Position numbers and translations under genes: made by a program. A stretch of DNA of 64,000 bases from Candidatus Saccharimonadales bacterium (GTDB taxonomy: Bacteria > Patescibacteriota > Saccharimonadia > Saccharimonadales > JACDBH01), in assembly GCA_041752595.1 (NCBI GenBank), contig JBGSWE010000004.1, positions 87,057 through 151,056 on the forward strand, read 5' to 3'. Below, in pieces: positions 18,572 through 27,691 of the stretch; position 1 is the first letter of the stretch; every line of letters begins with the position of its first letter. Under the pieces are notes generated by a model. That model was not told where the DNA came from. It made no database searches and worked only from the letters and a program-made list of their open reading frames with translations.

Positions 18572-18855
18572 GTCTTGGTATCTCCTTAATCTATTGGGAT
18601 GGATTGAATTATTAACACGGGTTGTCAAAGAACGACTAAAACTAACAAATTATACCAGAAAAATGTACATAATACAATACTATTTTCTGGTAGTGAAAGG
18701 TGTTTATTCATCAACTTATCGTAATTAATAGGTGTAATCATTTTAAATAATAAGCAATAGTATTTTGTAATTTGTTAATAACAAAGTAAATGATCGTATC
18801 GATGAGCTGTAATATTAGCGAAATGTCTAAATATCTAGTGATCAATTTATGTTAT

Positions 18856-19317
18856 TTAAGAGTTTTTTAGTTCGCGCTTGGAGTTTCGGTCTTCTTCTCG
18901 TTTTTTGATTGCGTGGCGTTTGTCGTATTGGCGCTTGCCCTTACCGACAGCAATTTCGATTTTGATAAACCTGCCTTTGGTTAGGATCCTAAGCGGTACG
19001 ATTGTATTTCCCTGTTGTTTGGCTTCAATTAACTGAGCTAGCTCACGTTTTTTGAGTAATAGTTTGCGGTTTCGGATTTGGATTTCACTAGGCAAATGGG
19101 CGGCATTGGTTTTGAGAGGTGTGACAAGAGAGTTCATAAGCCATGCTTCACCGTCTTTGATCTGAACAAAAGCACCCTGCAGACTGCCATGATGTTCTCG
19201 CAAACTGCGTGTTTCTGGCCCATTTAAGACAATACCAGCAGTGTACGAGTCTTTGATATCGTAATCAAAGCGAGCTCGCTTATTGGAGATAACGCCGGGG
19301 TTAGCTTTTTTCTTCAT
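18856..19317 (-). CDS. smpB: SsrA-binding protein
   Basis: 153-aa ORF with KRARFDYDI..., GIVLNGPE and LLLKKRE. Confidence 0.9.
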   Translation of the reverse strand: MKKKANPGVISNKRARFDYDIKDSYTAGIVLNGPETRSLREHHGSLQGAFVQIKDGEAWLMNSLVTPLKTNAAHLPSEIQIRNRKLLLKKRELAQLIEAKQQGNTIVPLRILTKGRFIKIEIAVGKGKRQYDKRHAIKKREEDRNSKRELKNS

Positions 19318-19396
19318 TTATACAGTATATCTTATCTGTTACCTATTGACAAATATTGACAGGTGTGATATAATTAAATGATAAGGTACTTTTGAA

Positions 19397-20584
19397 CTAA
19401 TTCTCTAGTTTTTGGTTTTCAAGGTCTATTTTATTAATCTCTGTTTTGGCTGTATTCCAGATTGCTGGTTCGTTTTGAGTACTCTTGAGCCAATACCACC
19501 ACTCTACTCCCCATACATAGTAACTACGCATACCAGTGGCTTTGCCGTATTCGAGACGGTCTACTAGCATCTCGGCGTTCATTGATTTGTATTGCTCCTC
19601 AATGGGTGATTTTTTGTTGCCGCCAAAGTTTTCAGGAGTCCAGGCTTCGGTTTGTAGCTCGTGCACAAAAACAGGTCGGCCACGGGTAAGCTCGGTAAAC
19701 CCTGCACGAAAAGCATAGTACCAAGCCGGTATTGGGTATTCGAAGTAACGGCGAGTAATGGTTTTGTCCCAGACGCGCTTATAGACAGAAATAGCCCACT
19801 TGTCTGGGGTTGGCTCGCCAATTGGTGTGCCAATCGCATTATTGCTCATGGTAACAACAATAGGCGTATTTGAATCTAATGATTTTACCAAGTTGTATTC
19901 TGATACCAAACGATCACGGTTAAAGTCATAGCAAATTCCAAAGGCTTTTAAGAAAAATTCGTTTTCTAATTGATAGCTATCTAGTGCGGGACTGTCTTTG
20001 TATCTGTTAACTGTTGCTGCAATAAAATCCTCCAGTGGTCCATACCAAGTATTATCGCGCAATTCTTGTGCCCAAGTTGGCATATGGCACTCTGGCCACC
20101 TAGGTTGGCGTAAGCCCAGGGCTAGGCTAACTTTGACTCCCTTTTCTTCGGCTAGTTTCATTTGCCAGTCTAGATCACCAAAATCATAAACTCCCCTATC
20201 TTTTTCTATATCTGACCAATAACTAACAAGACGCAGATTTTTGATACCTAGATCATCGACGATTTCGGTCATTGTTTCTTCAGCATCTAGTTCAAAGTAA
20301 CGGGCGTAGTTAGGGATAAATGTAGCACCAACTTGTAGTGGTTCGTTTTGGTATTTGTTGATATACCATTGTGCAAGGCCGTACATACTTCCAACTGCGA
20401 GTAACACAATAGCCGTTAAGCCTAAAGCTAAACGTTGCCAGAATTTATGCTGAACTGTCCAATAGCTTAGCTTGTACCAAAATACTTGCCAGAACCCTGC
20501 TGATTGAGCGGGTTTTTTAAGTGTTGATTTGGGTCGTCTCTCAGCTGTTTTTTTCTTTGTCATGTTAGTATGATTATAATACAA
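19397..20584 (-). CDS. membrane-anchored glycoside-hydrolase-like TIM-barrel protein (GH5/GH42-like)
   Basis: 395-aa ORF with an N-terminal TM. Contains LRLVSYWSDIEKDRGVYDFGDLDWQMKLAEEKGVKVSLALG...QLENEF (candidate acid/base NE). The family call is approximate. Confidence 0.5.
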   Translation of the reverse strand: MYYNHTNMTKKKTAERRPKSTLKKPAQSAGFWQVFWYKLSYWTVQHKFWQRLALGLTAIVLLAVGSMYGLAQWYINKYQNEPLQVGATFIPNYARYFELDAEETMTEIVDDLGIKNLRLVSYWSDIEKDRGVYDFGDLDWQMKLAEEKGVKVSLALGLRQPRWPECHMPTWAQELRDNTWYGPLEDFIAATVNRYKDSPALDSYQLENEFFLKAFGICYDFNRDRLVSEYNLVKSLDSNTPIVVTMSNNAIGTPIGEPTPDKWAISVYKRVWDKTITRRYFEYPIPAWYYAFRAGFTELTRGRPVFVHELQTEAWTPENFGGNKKSPIEEQYKSMNAEMLVDRLEYGKATGMRSYYVWGVEWWYWLKSTQNEPAIWNTAKTEINKIDLENQKLEN

Positions 20585-21421
20585 ATGAAGAAGCTTATGC
20601 TAACTATAGTTATACCAGTTTATAACGAAGAAGGACATCTAGAAAATTGCCTTAAGAGTATCGCAGCACAAACGGTGATGCCTGATGAAGTGATTGTGGT
20701 TGATAATAATTCTAGTGATCACTCGGCCTTATTTGCTTCAAAGTATGCATTTGTTAAAGTTGTAAAAGAACCAAAACAAGGTATTGCACACGCCAGAAAT
20801 AAGGGGTTTAATACTGCAAATTCTGATTTAATAGGCCGGATAGACGCGGACACTATATTGCCAGTCGATTGGGTAGAGAATATTTTAAGCCTCTATGATG
20901 GCAAGGCTGATTTTGCCTATACGGGTGGCGGCTATTTTTATAATGTGTCTTTGCGTGGTTTTAATTCTTGGATGTTGAGCCAAATTGCATTTAGAGCAAA
21001 CCGGTTTATTATGGGTCATTACATTTTATGGGGATCTAATATGGTTATACCAAAATCCTATTGGGAAGAAGTTAAAAGCCAGGTTTGTACTTACAATAAT
21101 CTGATTCATGAAGATTTAGATCTAGCAATTCATTTACATAAAAATGGGCGTCGCATTACATTCAAAGAAAATATAAAAGTTGGCGTAGAAATGAAACGGG
21201 CTTTTGATTCTGATAATTCTAAACTCAAAGCAAATCTAGCAATGTGGCCAAATACACTACAAGTGCATGGTATTAAGAGTGCTTGGTTGGGTCAGCTAGG
21301 AGCTGATTTTTTGTATTACAGCACGCTATTTATTATGAGGCCAGTAGAAAAAATTATAAGTACATTTAAGGCAGGTCGTAAGCAAGTACGATCTATATTA
21401 AGTACATCTTCAGAAGCTTAA
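20585..21421 (+). CDS. family 2 glycosyltransferase
   Basis: MKKLMLTIVIPVYNEE...VVDNNSSD...GRIDADT. I chose the start at the second Met (track start is 20570). Confidence 0.8.
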   Translation: MKKLMLTIVIPVYNEEGHLENCLKSIAAQTVMPDEVIVVDNNSSDHSALFASKYAFVKVVKEPKQGIAHARNKGFNTANSDLIGRIDADTILPVDWVENILSLYDGKADFAYTGGGYFYNVSLRGFNSWMLSQIAFRANRFIMGHYILWGSNMVIPKSYWEEVKSQVCTYNNLIHEDLDLAIHLHKNGRRITFKENIKVGVEMKRAFDSDNSKLKANLAMWPNTLQVHGIKSAWLGQLGADFLYYSTLFIMRPVEKIISTFKAGRKQVRSILSTSSEA

Positions 21422-22005
21422 ATAGGGTCGGTAGTTTTTTTACCATCTTTTTCGTTGATTTTACAAGTGTTCCAGAGTCCTAGATTTTGGTCACGGGCTT
21501 GTCTTTCGTATTCTCGGAATTCTTCTAGTTTTTGAAATGGAAACAAAGTGTATACAAATCCATAACCAGACTTTATTATTTCTGCGTTGACCAGCCTGTT
21601 ATCTGGCAGATAGACATAGCGCAGTAACCTGTTATAACGATCACGATTGGTATTGGTTGGGTCGGCTTCTAACCTTACGGCATTTGTGCCAATCAAATTT
21701 TTAGTAAAATCACTGGCTGCTTTACCGTAACATTGCACGGGTACGCGTGGATCCTGAGTTTCTGGAGTATCAACGCCAATCATACGAATGCGTTCTTTTG
21801 TTCCATTCATATCAACTGTAATTGTGTCGCCGTCTACAAAGTTTGTAATCGCGTAAGTGCCAAGTTGAAGTTGTTGAACTTGCTGGGCTGATTGGCTGAT
21901 CCACCCCTGTTGTTGGGCAACCCAAATAACACTAGCAAAAATAAGTGTTAGCAAAACAGAAAGTAATTGTCTCTTCTGACGCTTAGTGAAGTATTTTGCC
22001 ATCAC
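21418..22005 (-). CDS. membrane-anchored thermonuclease (SNase/micrococcal nuclease family)
   Basis: N-terminal TM, then GDTITVDMNG..ERIRMIGVDTPE...RYNRLLRYVYL. Its stop overlaps the stop of the convergent GT2 gene. Confidence 0.8.
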   Translation of the reverse strand: MMAKYFTKRQKRQLLSVLLTLIFASVIWVAQQQGWISQSAQQVQQLQLGTYAITNFVDGDTITVDMNGTKERIRMIGVDTPETQDPRVPVQCYGKAASDFTKNLIGTNAVRLEADPTNTNRDRYNRLLRYVYLPDNRLVNAEIIKSGYGFVYTLFPFQKLEEFREYERQARDQNLGLWNTCKINEKDGKKTTDPI

Positions 22006-22993
22006 CTGGTCTTTTGAATATTAGAGATCCTAGTACTCCGCCCAGTAGTAAAAATGTAATAATGGCAAGACTAATTGGTGTTGGGATATGAATATCAAAC
22101 CAAGAAATGCCAAAAACTTCAGTTGGAGCTAAAAGCATCTTGATACCCACAAATAGTAGAAGGAATGCTAAGGCATAGTTGAGTAACCAAAAACGGTCTT
22201 TAATAATATCAAACACAAAATAAAGCGCACGCATACCCAATATTGCTGCGGCGTTGCTGGCAATAATAACAAAAGGCTCCCTAGAAACAGCCAAAATAGC
22301 AGGCACGGAATCAACTGCAAATACAACATCAGTAAATTCGACTATTAGTAGTGCCATAAATAAAGTTGTTGCTACTCTTTTACCATTTACTTTTGTGAAC
22401 AGTTTATGTCCGTCAATTTTGTCTGTAACAGGGATTATTTTGCTGACAAGTAGATAAAATTTACTTTTACTTGGGTCATAAACATGTTCTTTGTCTGTTT
22501 TTAGTATTTTTATACCACTCCAAACTAGAATAGCGCCAAATACTAATAGTATAGGCTGGAATCTATCTATAACTGCAATACCAGCAAATACAAATACAGT
22601 TCTAAGGGTGATTGCACCTATGACTCCCCAAAACAATACCCGGTGCTGGTATTTTTTGGGTATTTTGAAGTAGCCAAGTATCAGCGCCCAGGCAAAAACG
22701 TTATCTATAGATAGTGATTTTTCAACAAGATAACCTGCGAAATATTGACCGCCTGCTTCTGATCCAAAATTTTGCCAAATAACTGCGCCAAGACCGATAC
22801 CTAAAGCCACCCACGCAGCACTTTGCCAGGCTGCACTTTTGAAAGATGCAACATGATCTTTGCGGTGAAAAACTAAAATGTCGATCATAATAAGAGAAAT
22901 AAACCATGCTGCCAATGCCACCCAATGCCACCATAAGATTGTTAAGTTGAGTTCGAGTGCTTGCTGGGAAGCTGATTTTGCAAAGTATTGCAT
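21983..22993 (-). CDS. TerC-family integral membrane protein
   Basis: 336-aa polytopic ORF with the TerC signature YLVEKSLSIDNVFAWALI and a second repeat (EFTDVVFAVDSVPAI). Confidence 0.85.
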   Translation of the reverse strand: MQYFAKSASQQALELNLTILWWHWVALAAWFISLIMIDILVFHRKDHVASFKSAAWQSAAWVALGIGLGAVIWQNFGSEAGGQYFAGYLVEKSLSIDNVFAWALILGYFKIPKKYQHRVLFWGVIGAITLRTVFVFAGIAVIDRFQPILLVFGAILVWSGIKILKTDKEHVYDPSKSKFYLLVSKIIPVTDKIDGHKLFTKVNGKRVATTLFMALLIVEFTDVVFAVDSVPAILAVSREPFVIIASNAAAILGMRALYFVFDIIKDRFWLLNYALAFLLLFVGIKMLLAPTEVFGISWFDIHIPTPISLAIITFLLLGGVLGSLIFKRPGDGKILH

Positions 22994-22998
22994 TTAAC

Positions 22999-23568
22999 TT
23001 AGTAGTCGATTCCTTTGTTAGCAAGAAATTTATCATCGAAGTGGTGTTTCATTTTGGTCATATGGGTTGCAATATCTACAAGTTCTAATAACTCTTCGGG
23101 AAAATGGCGGCCTGTAAGGCACAGGCTGGTATTTTCGGAGCGGTCTGCAATAAGCTTTTTGAGCTGAGCCACACTTAGCAGCCCATCATGAACGGCATTG
23201 TTAATCTCATCACAAATAACAAGGTCGTAGTCTCCGCTTGTGGCAGATTTATAGGCTACTTTGTAAGTGTCTTCTGCGGCTTGTTTGTGTTCTGAGTCGG
23301 TTACGCCCTTTTCGGATAATCCACCTGCGTTATAAAAACCTTTACCACCCTTGTAAAATAACAATTTTTTATCATACAAAGGAGTTATTTTTTCTATAAA
23401 ATCATGTTCAGATACTTGCCAGTACTTGATGAATTGCACAAACGCAACTCGCCAGTCGTTGCCAAGCGAACGCGCAAGCAACCCGACTCCAGCAGAGGTT
23501 TTACCCTTGCCTTCACCAGTGTAAACAATAACTACAGATTTTTTTGTCTGATAATCTTCAAAAGCCAT
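22999..23568 (-). CDS. cobO: cob(I)yrinic acid a,c-diamide / cob(I)alamin adenosyltransferase (CobA/CobO/BtuR family)
   Basis: VYTGEGKGKTSAGVGLLARSLG..W.VAFVQFIK...VICDEIN. Confidence 0.8.
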   Translation of the reverse strand: MAFEDYQTKKSVVIVYTGEGKGKTSAGVGLLARSLGNDWRVAFVQFIKYWQVSEHDFIEKITPLYDKKLLFYKGGKGFYNAGGLSEKGVTDSEHKQAAEDTYKVAYKSATSGDYDLVICDEINNAVHDGLLSVAQLKKLIADRSENTSLCLTGRHFPEELLELVDIATHMTKMKHHFDDKFLANKGIDY

Positions 23569-23601
23569 TTATGTAGAGTAGTATATATGCAAACTGATTG
23601 T

Positions 23602-24252
23602 TTAGCCTATGTTTTTTGCTCTAATAGCTTCTAGTAGTAGTAAACGAGCACTTATTTCTATTATTAAACCTTCTTTTCGCATACCTCTATTTATAGCAAG
23701 ATCATGTATATCTACAGCATTCTGAATAAAAGGACTCGAAGCTTCATAAGCATCGGTTTCATCATATATGGCTGGCAAGGTGTTACGATGCTCTATAAGT
23801 TGGTCAATAAATTCGGCATTTGCTTTAAACCATTTTTCTAGGTCTTCGGGCACAAATCTAACAAGTTCTATTGGAATTGATGGATCTGTTGTGCCGGTTG
23901 TATTCCAAGCATAAATGAGAAGTGCAGTCAGTTTGTCTTGATATTTTAGTTCCGCTTCGTTTCTTAGTATCTCTTTTGCTTTTTCTGGTTCAAAAGCTAT
24001 AGCCTCTTCAGATTGGTTATCGGTTGGTTCTATAATTACTAAATCTACAGTTTCGGCGCTTGCTGTTGTAGCAAGCTTTAGCATTGTTGGAGAAGTAGTT
24101 GTTGCCTCTCCAGTTACATAATATGGGTAGTATGCTTCATCCGGCAGAGAATCATCAGGTACAAGATGTAATAACCGGCCGCCCAGTCGTTGTTCGCTGA
24201 CTTCTAATGCTGAAGTTGTTGGTTGGTATTCAAATATTGCTCCATCACTCAT
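23602..24252 (-). CDS. hypothetical protein (216 aa, acidic)
   Basis: Clean ORF at backbone composition. No family recognised. Confidence 0.5.
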   Translation of the reverse strand: MSDGAIFEYQPTTSALEVSEQRLGGRLLHLVPDDSLPDEAYYPYYVTGEATTTSPTMLKLATTASAETVDLVIIEPTDNQSEEAIAFEPEKAKEILRNEAELKYQDKLTALLIYAWNTTGTTDPSIPIELVRFVPEDLEKWFKANAEFIDQLIEHRNTLPAIYDETDAYEASSPFIQNAVDIHDLAINRGMRKEGLIIEISARLLLLEAIRAKNIG

Positions 24253-24323
24253 ACATTTAGACTAAAGTGAATTGGATAAAAAAACTGTGATAAATCTTAC
24301 GAATTCCTGTGTGATAAATATCA

Positions 24324-24566
24324 CTAAGGCATTAATTTGTTGTCGCGTAGTGCGTTGTCTATTTTGGGACGATCAAAACCGATAATTATTTCATCGTTAA
24401 TATCTATAACCGGTATTCCCATTTGACCGGATTTAGCTACTACTTCTTCGGCATATTCACGGTTTTCTTCTATATCTTTTTCTGTGTATTCAATACCTAA
24501 TTTATCTAAATATTGTTTTGCCGCATGACAAAAAGCACACCAGCTGGCGCTATAAACTGTAACCAT
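24324..24566 (-). CDS. glutaredoxin-like protein (YruB/NrdH-like)
   Basis: 80 aa with a CxxC active site (SASWCAFCHAAKQYL) and GIPVI. Confidence 0.75.
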   Translation of the reverse strand: MVTVYSASWCAFCHAAKQYLDKLGIEYTEKDIEENREYAEEVVAKSGQMGIPVIDINDEIIIGFDRPKIDNALRDNKLMP

Positions 24567-24568
24567 AA

Positions 24569-24772
24569 TTATCTCTCATCCTTTTGATTAAATGGAACCG
24601 CTATTAGTGAAAAGCGGTTTAATAAATAAACTGTCCCAAACAAAAATAACAAAACCACTAGGCTCACCGATACAACAATAAAGAATATTTGTGGCAAAGA
24701 ATGAGCTACTGCATTTGAGCTAGTGCTATGAACAATACCGCCGTGAGCAAATGAAGTGACAATATTTTCCAT
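24569..24772 (-). CDS. small membrane protein (67 aa from internal Met), co-oriented with the glutaredoxin gene
   Basis: Track ORF is 24569..24832. Starting at MENIVTSFAHGGIVHS... avoids overlap with the divergent 24811 gene. One TM. Its stop lies 2 nt from the glutaredoxin start. Confidence 0.4.
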   Translation of the reverse strand: MENIVTSFAHGGIVHSTSSNAVAHSLPQIFFIVVSVSLVVLLFLFGTVYLLNRFSLIAVPFNQKDER

Positions 24773-24810
24773 GTACCTTATTATAGCATCTTTGCTATAA
24801 TAAAACAGAT

Positions 24811-25491
24811 ATGGGAGCCAAAAAACAACCAACCCCTACGGATAATCAGGCCATTAATTTAGACGCGTCAAAGCAGTTATTTAAACGTTTTTATCCTGTT
24901 ATGCTTCTACTTGCTATTGGCTTTATAGGTGGATTGCTCTGGCTAATTGGTCTACGGTATTTTCTAGTAGATTCGTCTGAAACTCATTATCATGCCAATT
25001 TCGCAGTTTACATAAATGGTGAGCGCGAAATGTTTGATGATTTTACATATTTTGAAGAAGTAGCTGCTTGTACGAGTGCTTATTCGGATAGCCCTAAAGG
25101 TCGTGTGCACATGCACGATAAAGTAAATGATGTCATACACGTTCACGATAAGCGCGTAAGTTATGGTAATTTCTTTCAAAACATCGGTTGGAGCGTAGGC
25201 AAAACATTTATTGCATCGAGAGATCAAGTATATCAAACTAACGAATCAGATAAAGTTGTTTATGTATTAAACGGCGAAGTGGTTAGTGACATTGCCACCC
25301 GCATTATCGGCAACGAGGATAAGTTGTTGGTTTCGTTTGGCTCGATTGAATCAAATTTTGTAGAACAATTTGAATCCGTTCCAAGCAACGCTGGAGAAGT
25401 TAATACTCGTCCCGATCCTGCAAGCTGTGCTGGCGCAGGTAATACAGACGGATTTGTTGCCCGTCTAAAACGCGCAACCTTCGGAAACTAA
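24811..25491 (+). CDS. hypothetical membrane-anchored protein with His-rich motifs
   Basis: 226 aa with an N-terminal TM. Contains HYHANFAVYINGE...RVHMHDKVNDVIHVHDK. No family recognised. Confidence 0.5.
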   Translation: MGAKKQPTPTDNQAINLDASKQLFKRFYPVMLLLAIGFIGGLLWLIGLRYFLVDSSETHYHANFAVYINGEREMFDDFTYFEEVAACTSAYSDSPKGRVHMHDKVNDVIHVHDKRVSYGNFFQNIGWSVGKTFIASRDQVYQTNESDKVVYVLNGEVVSDIATRIIGNEDKLLVSFGSIESNFVEQFESVPSNAGEVNTRPDPASCAGAGNTDGFVARLKRATFGN

Positions 25492-25559
25492 AACTGTAAA
25501 AAATTTTACTGGTAATGTCTTGTTGGTGGTAATCATATCTGTTATAGTTTTAGATATAA

Positions 25560-25901
25560 ATGGGTAAAGCCGCAAGCTCCAAGCAAACGACTACTAAAAA
25601 CAGTGATCCCGCACTGGACGCTTTAGCAATGTTTAATGCCCGAAATATGATGGTGTCAGAAATTGTGACAATGGGTTGGAAGCTCGCCATTATGATTTTA
25701 ATTCCTATTTTTATTGGTACTCAGCTAGATAATAGATTCGACACTAAGCCGTCATTCACCTTGGCGGCATTTTTTATAGCAATTTTTGGCGCTAGCCTGT
25801 TAATTTATAAGACTTATAACGAGCTAAATGCCCAAGCTGCTCTAGAAGAAGCAAACAATTCAAAACAAAAAAAATCAGTAAAGAAAGGTAAAAATGCTTA
25901 A
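25560..25901 (+). CDS. AtpZ/AtpI-like small membrane protein (putative F0F1-ATPase gene-1 family)
   Basis: 113 aa with two TMs, positioned directly upstream of and overlapping atpB. The pattern MGWKLAIMILIPIFIGTQLD resembles pfam09527. Confidence 0.5.
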   Translation: MGKAASSKQTTTKNSDPALDALAMFNARNMMVSEIVTMGWKLAIMILIPIFIGTQLDNRFDTKPSFTLAAFFIAIFGASLLIYKTYNELNAQAALEEANNSKQKKSVKKGKNA

Positions 25902-26730
25902 TTTGCTTACAAATTTTGCTGAATCTTCTGGAGAAAGTGGTCCGTCCATTCATATTACTCCTGGTGAGTTGTTTACTATTGGTGATTTAAGCATCAGTAA
26001 CTCGATGTTTTATGGTGCAATTAGCTCAATAGTGATTATTATTTTGTTTAAGATAATTGCCCGTCGCATGACAATTAGACCTAAGCGCGGGATTACTCAA
26101 TTTGTAGAAATTGGTACTGAATTTATTATCAGCACAATTGAAAATTCAATGGGTTCACGCAAAAAAGCAATTCAGTATGCACCATTTTTTACGACTGCCT
26201 TTTTCTTTGTGATGTTTAGTAACTGGTTTGGGTTATTGCCTGGCGTTGGCGAAGCCATAACTTTTGGTGAAACACCAGTCTTAAGACCATTTACAGCTGA
26301 TCTAAACGGTACACTAGCTGCATCTACGGTTATGATTTTTATGGTGCAATATTTTTCTATTCGTGAGAGTGGGTTCAGAAAGCACATACGCCATTATTTT
26401 GCGGGTAGTCTGAAGAATCCAGGAACGTATTTGCTAGGTCTGTTTGAAATTTTCACCGAATTTACTCGTATATTCAGCTTGGCACTACGACTTTTCCTAA
26501 ACGTGGTAATTGGCGAAACGATCATTGCAATATTTACTTACCTTGGTAGCATTGCTGCACCTATTACTGCCCTACCGTTTATTATCCTCGAGCTTTTTGT
26601 TGGTGCTTTGCAGGCTTATATCTTTACCATGCTCACAATTATGTATCTGTCTTCGGCAATAAAGCACGATCATGAGGCAGAAGATATGTACGAGCACGAA
26701 TTAGCTAAACTAGAAACGGCTAAAGTGTGA
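25894..26730 (+). CDS. atpB: F0F1 ATP synthase subunit a
   Basis: Polytopic, with the essential-Arg motif LALRLFLNVVIGE (compare E. coli LSLRLFGNMYAGE). Confidence 0.85.
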   Translation: MLNLLTNFAESSGESGPSIHITPGELFTIGDLSISNSMFYGAISSIVIIILFKIIARRMTIRPKRGITQFVEIGTEFIISTIENSMGSRKKAIQYAPFFTTAFFFVMFSNWFGLLPGVGEAITFGETPVLRPFTADLNGTLAASTVMIFMVQYFSIRESGFRKHIRHYFAGSLKNPGTYLLGLFEIFTEFTRIFSLALRLFLNVVIGETIIAIFTYLGSIAAPITALPFIILELFVGALQAYIFTMLTIMYLSSAIKHDHEAEDMYEHELAKLETAKV

Positions 26731-26764
26731 GTAATAATTTAAGTAAACTAAGTAAGGAGTTAAA

Positions 26765-26998
26765 TTGATGGAATTATTTGCACAGGTAACTGGCGATATA
26801 GAAATATTAGGTAAAGGAATCATGATGGGCTTTGGTATGCTCGGTCCAGCTATTGGTATTGGCTTGATTGGTGCTGCATTTATGAATGCTGTTGGCCGAA
26901 ACCCAGAAGCAGCCAAGTATTTTGGCCAGGTTTTTGTGGTTATTGCTATCGTTGAGCTTATGGCGTTGCTCGTCTTTGCTTCCCTCTTCATCATTTAA
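26765..26998 (+). CDS. atpE: F0F1 ATP synthase subunit c
   Basis: 77-aa hairpin protein with a Gly-rich helix 1 (GPAIGIGLIGAA), loop RNPE, and a carboxylate in helix 2 (AIVELMAL). Confidence 0.85.
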   Translation: MMELFAQVTGDIEILGKGIMMGFGMLGPAIGIGLIGAAFMNAVGRNPEAAKYFGQVFVVIAIVELMALLVFASLFII

Positions 26999-27158
26999 AT
27001 AGGAAATTATGCACATGGCACATCTGAGCGAAAAAATTGCGTTACACACTCACCGTACTTTAGATACGGATCGTTTACGTTTCTCGCTTTTTCATCCCAG
27101 CTGCACTCATATACAAAATTCTCAAGCACTCAACGTAGAAAAAGGAAAAGATTAAAAC

Positions 27159-27689
27159 ATGTTACCAACTTATTTTGCAGCAACAGAAGAGGCTTCAGGC
27201 GGTATTTTGGGCCTAAGTTTGCAGGCATTTGTAATTCAGATAGTTACTTTTATTTTAGTTTTTATTTTGCTTAAGAAGTTTGCTTTTAACCGAATAGTTA
27301 AGATACTAGATAAGCGTCATGAAGTTATTGATAAAGGAGTTAGGCACGGGCTCGAAATGGAAAAAGAGCGCGAAAGACTAGAAAAAGAAACCGCCAAAGT
27401 TGTCCGAGAAGCTAGACACAGCGCAGACGAGATAATTAGCGATGCCCAAAAAGAAGCGCGCGAAGCAATCCGCGACGCAGAAAAATCTGCAAACAAGAAG
27501 ACCGAAGTAATGCTCGCTGATGCAGAAGTACGTATTAATGAAGAGTTAGACCAAGCGCGTCGCAAGCTCGAGAAAGAAATAGTAGGACTAGTATCAGAAG
27601 CCACAGAAGCGGTTGTGCAGGAAAAGGTTGACGCCAAAAAAGATGCAGAACTGATTGACCGAGCTATTAAAGGAAAAAGTAAAAAATAG
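27159..27689 (+). CDS. atpF: F0F1 ATP synthase subunit b
   Basis: A single N-terminal TM followed by a long charged coiled-coil. Operon position also supports the call. Confidence 0.8.
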   Translation: MLPTYFAATEEASGGILGLSLQAFVIQIVTFILVFILLKKFAFNRIVKILDKRHEVIDKGVRHGLEMEKERERLEKETAKVVREARHSADEIISDAQKEAREAIRDAEKSANKKTEVMLADAEVRINEELDQARRKLEKEIVGLVSEATEAVVQEKVDAKKDAELIDRAIKGKSKK

Positions 27690-27691
27690 TA

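Larger units (their letters stand above)
12880..18640. other. GC-rich island 2 (putative horizontally acquired region: small membrane peptides, unknown 266-aa protein, two lipoproteins, TelA, XpaC-like)
   Basis: Spot counts are 36/60 GC at 16381-16440 and 32/60 at 15421-15480, versus 21-26/60 in the backbone. The genes use AGGAGG/AGGAG RBSs and GTG starts, and many GC-driven shadow ORFs are present. The genes are separated by AT-rich spacers. No integrase. Confidence 0.55.

Noticed and set aside
18629-18855. Looked for tmRNA (ssrA) next to smpB as a possible island integration site
   Set aside because: The spacer is only 227 bp and very AT-rich. I saw no tRNA-Ala-like acceptor/T-arm and no tag reading frame.
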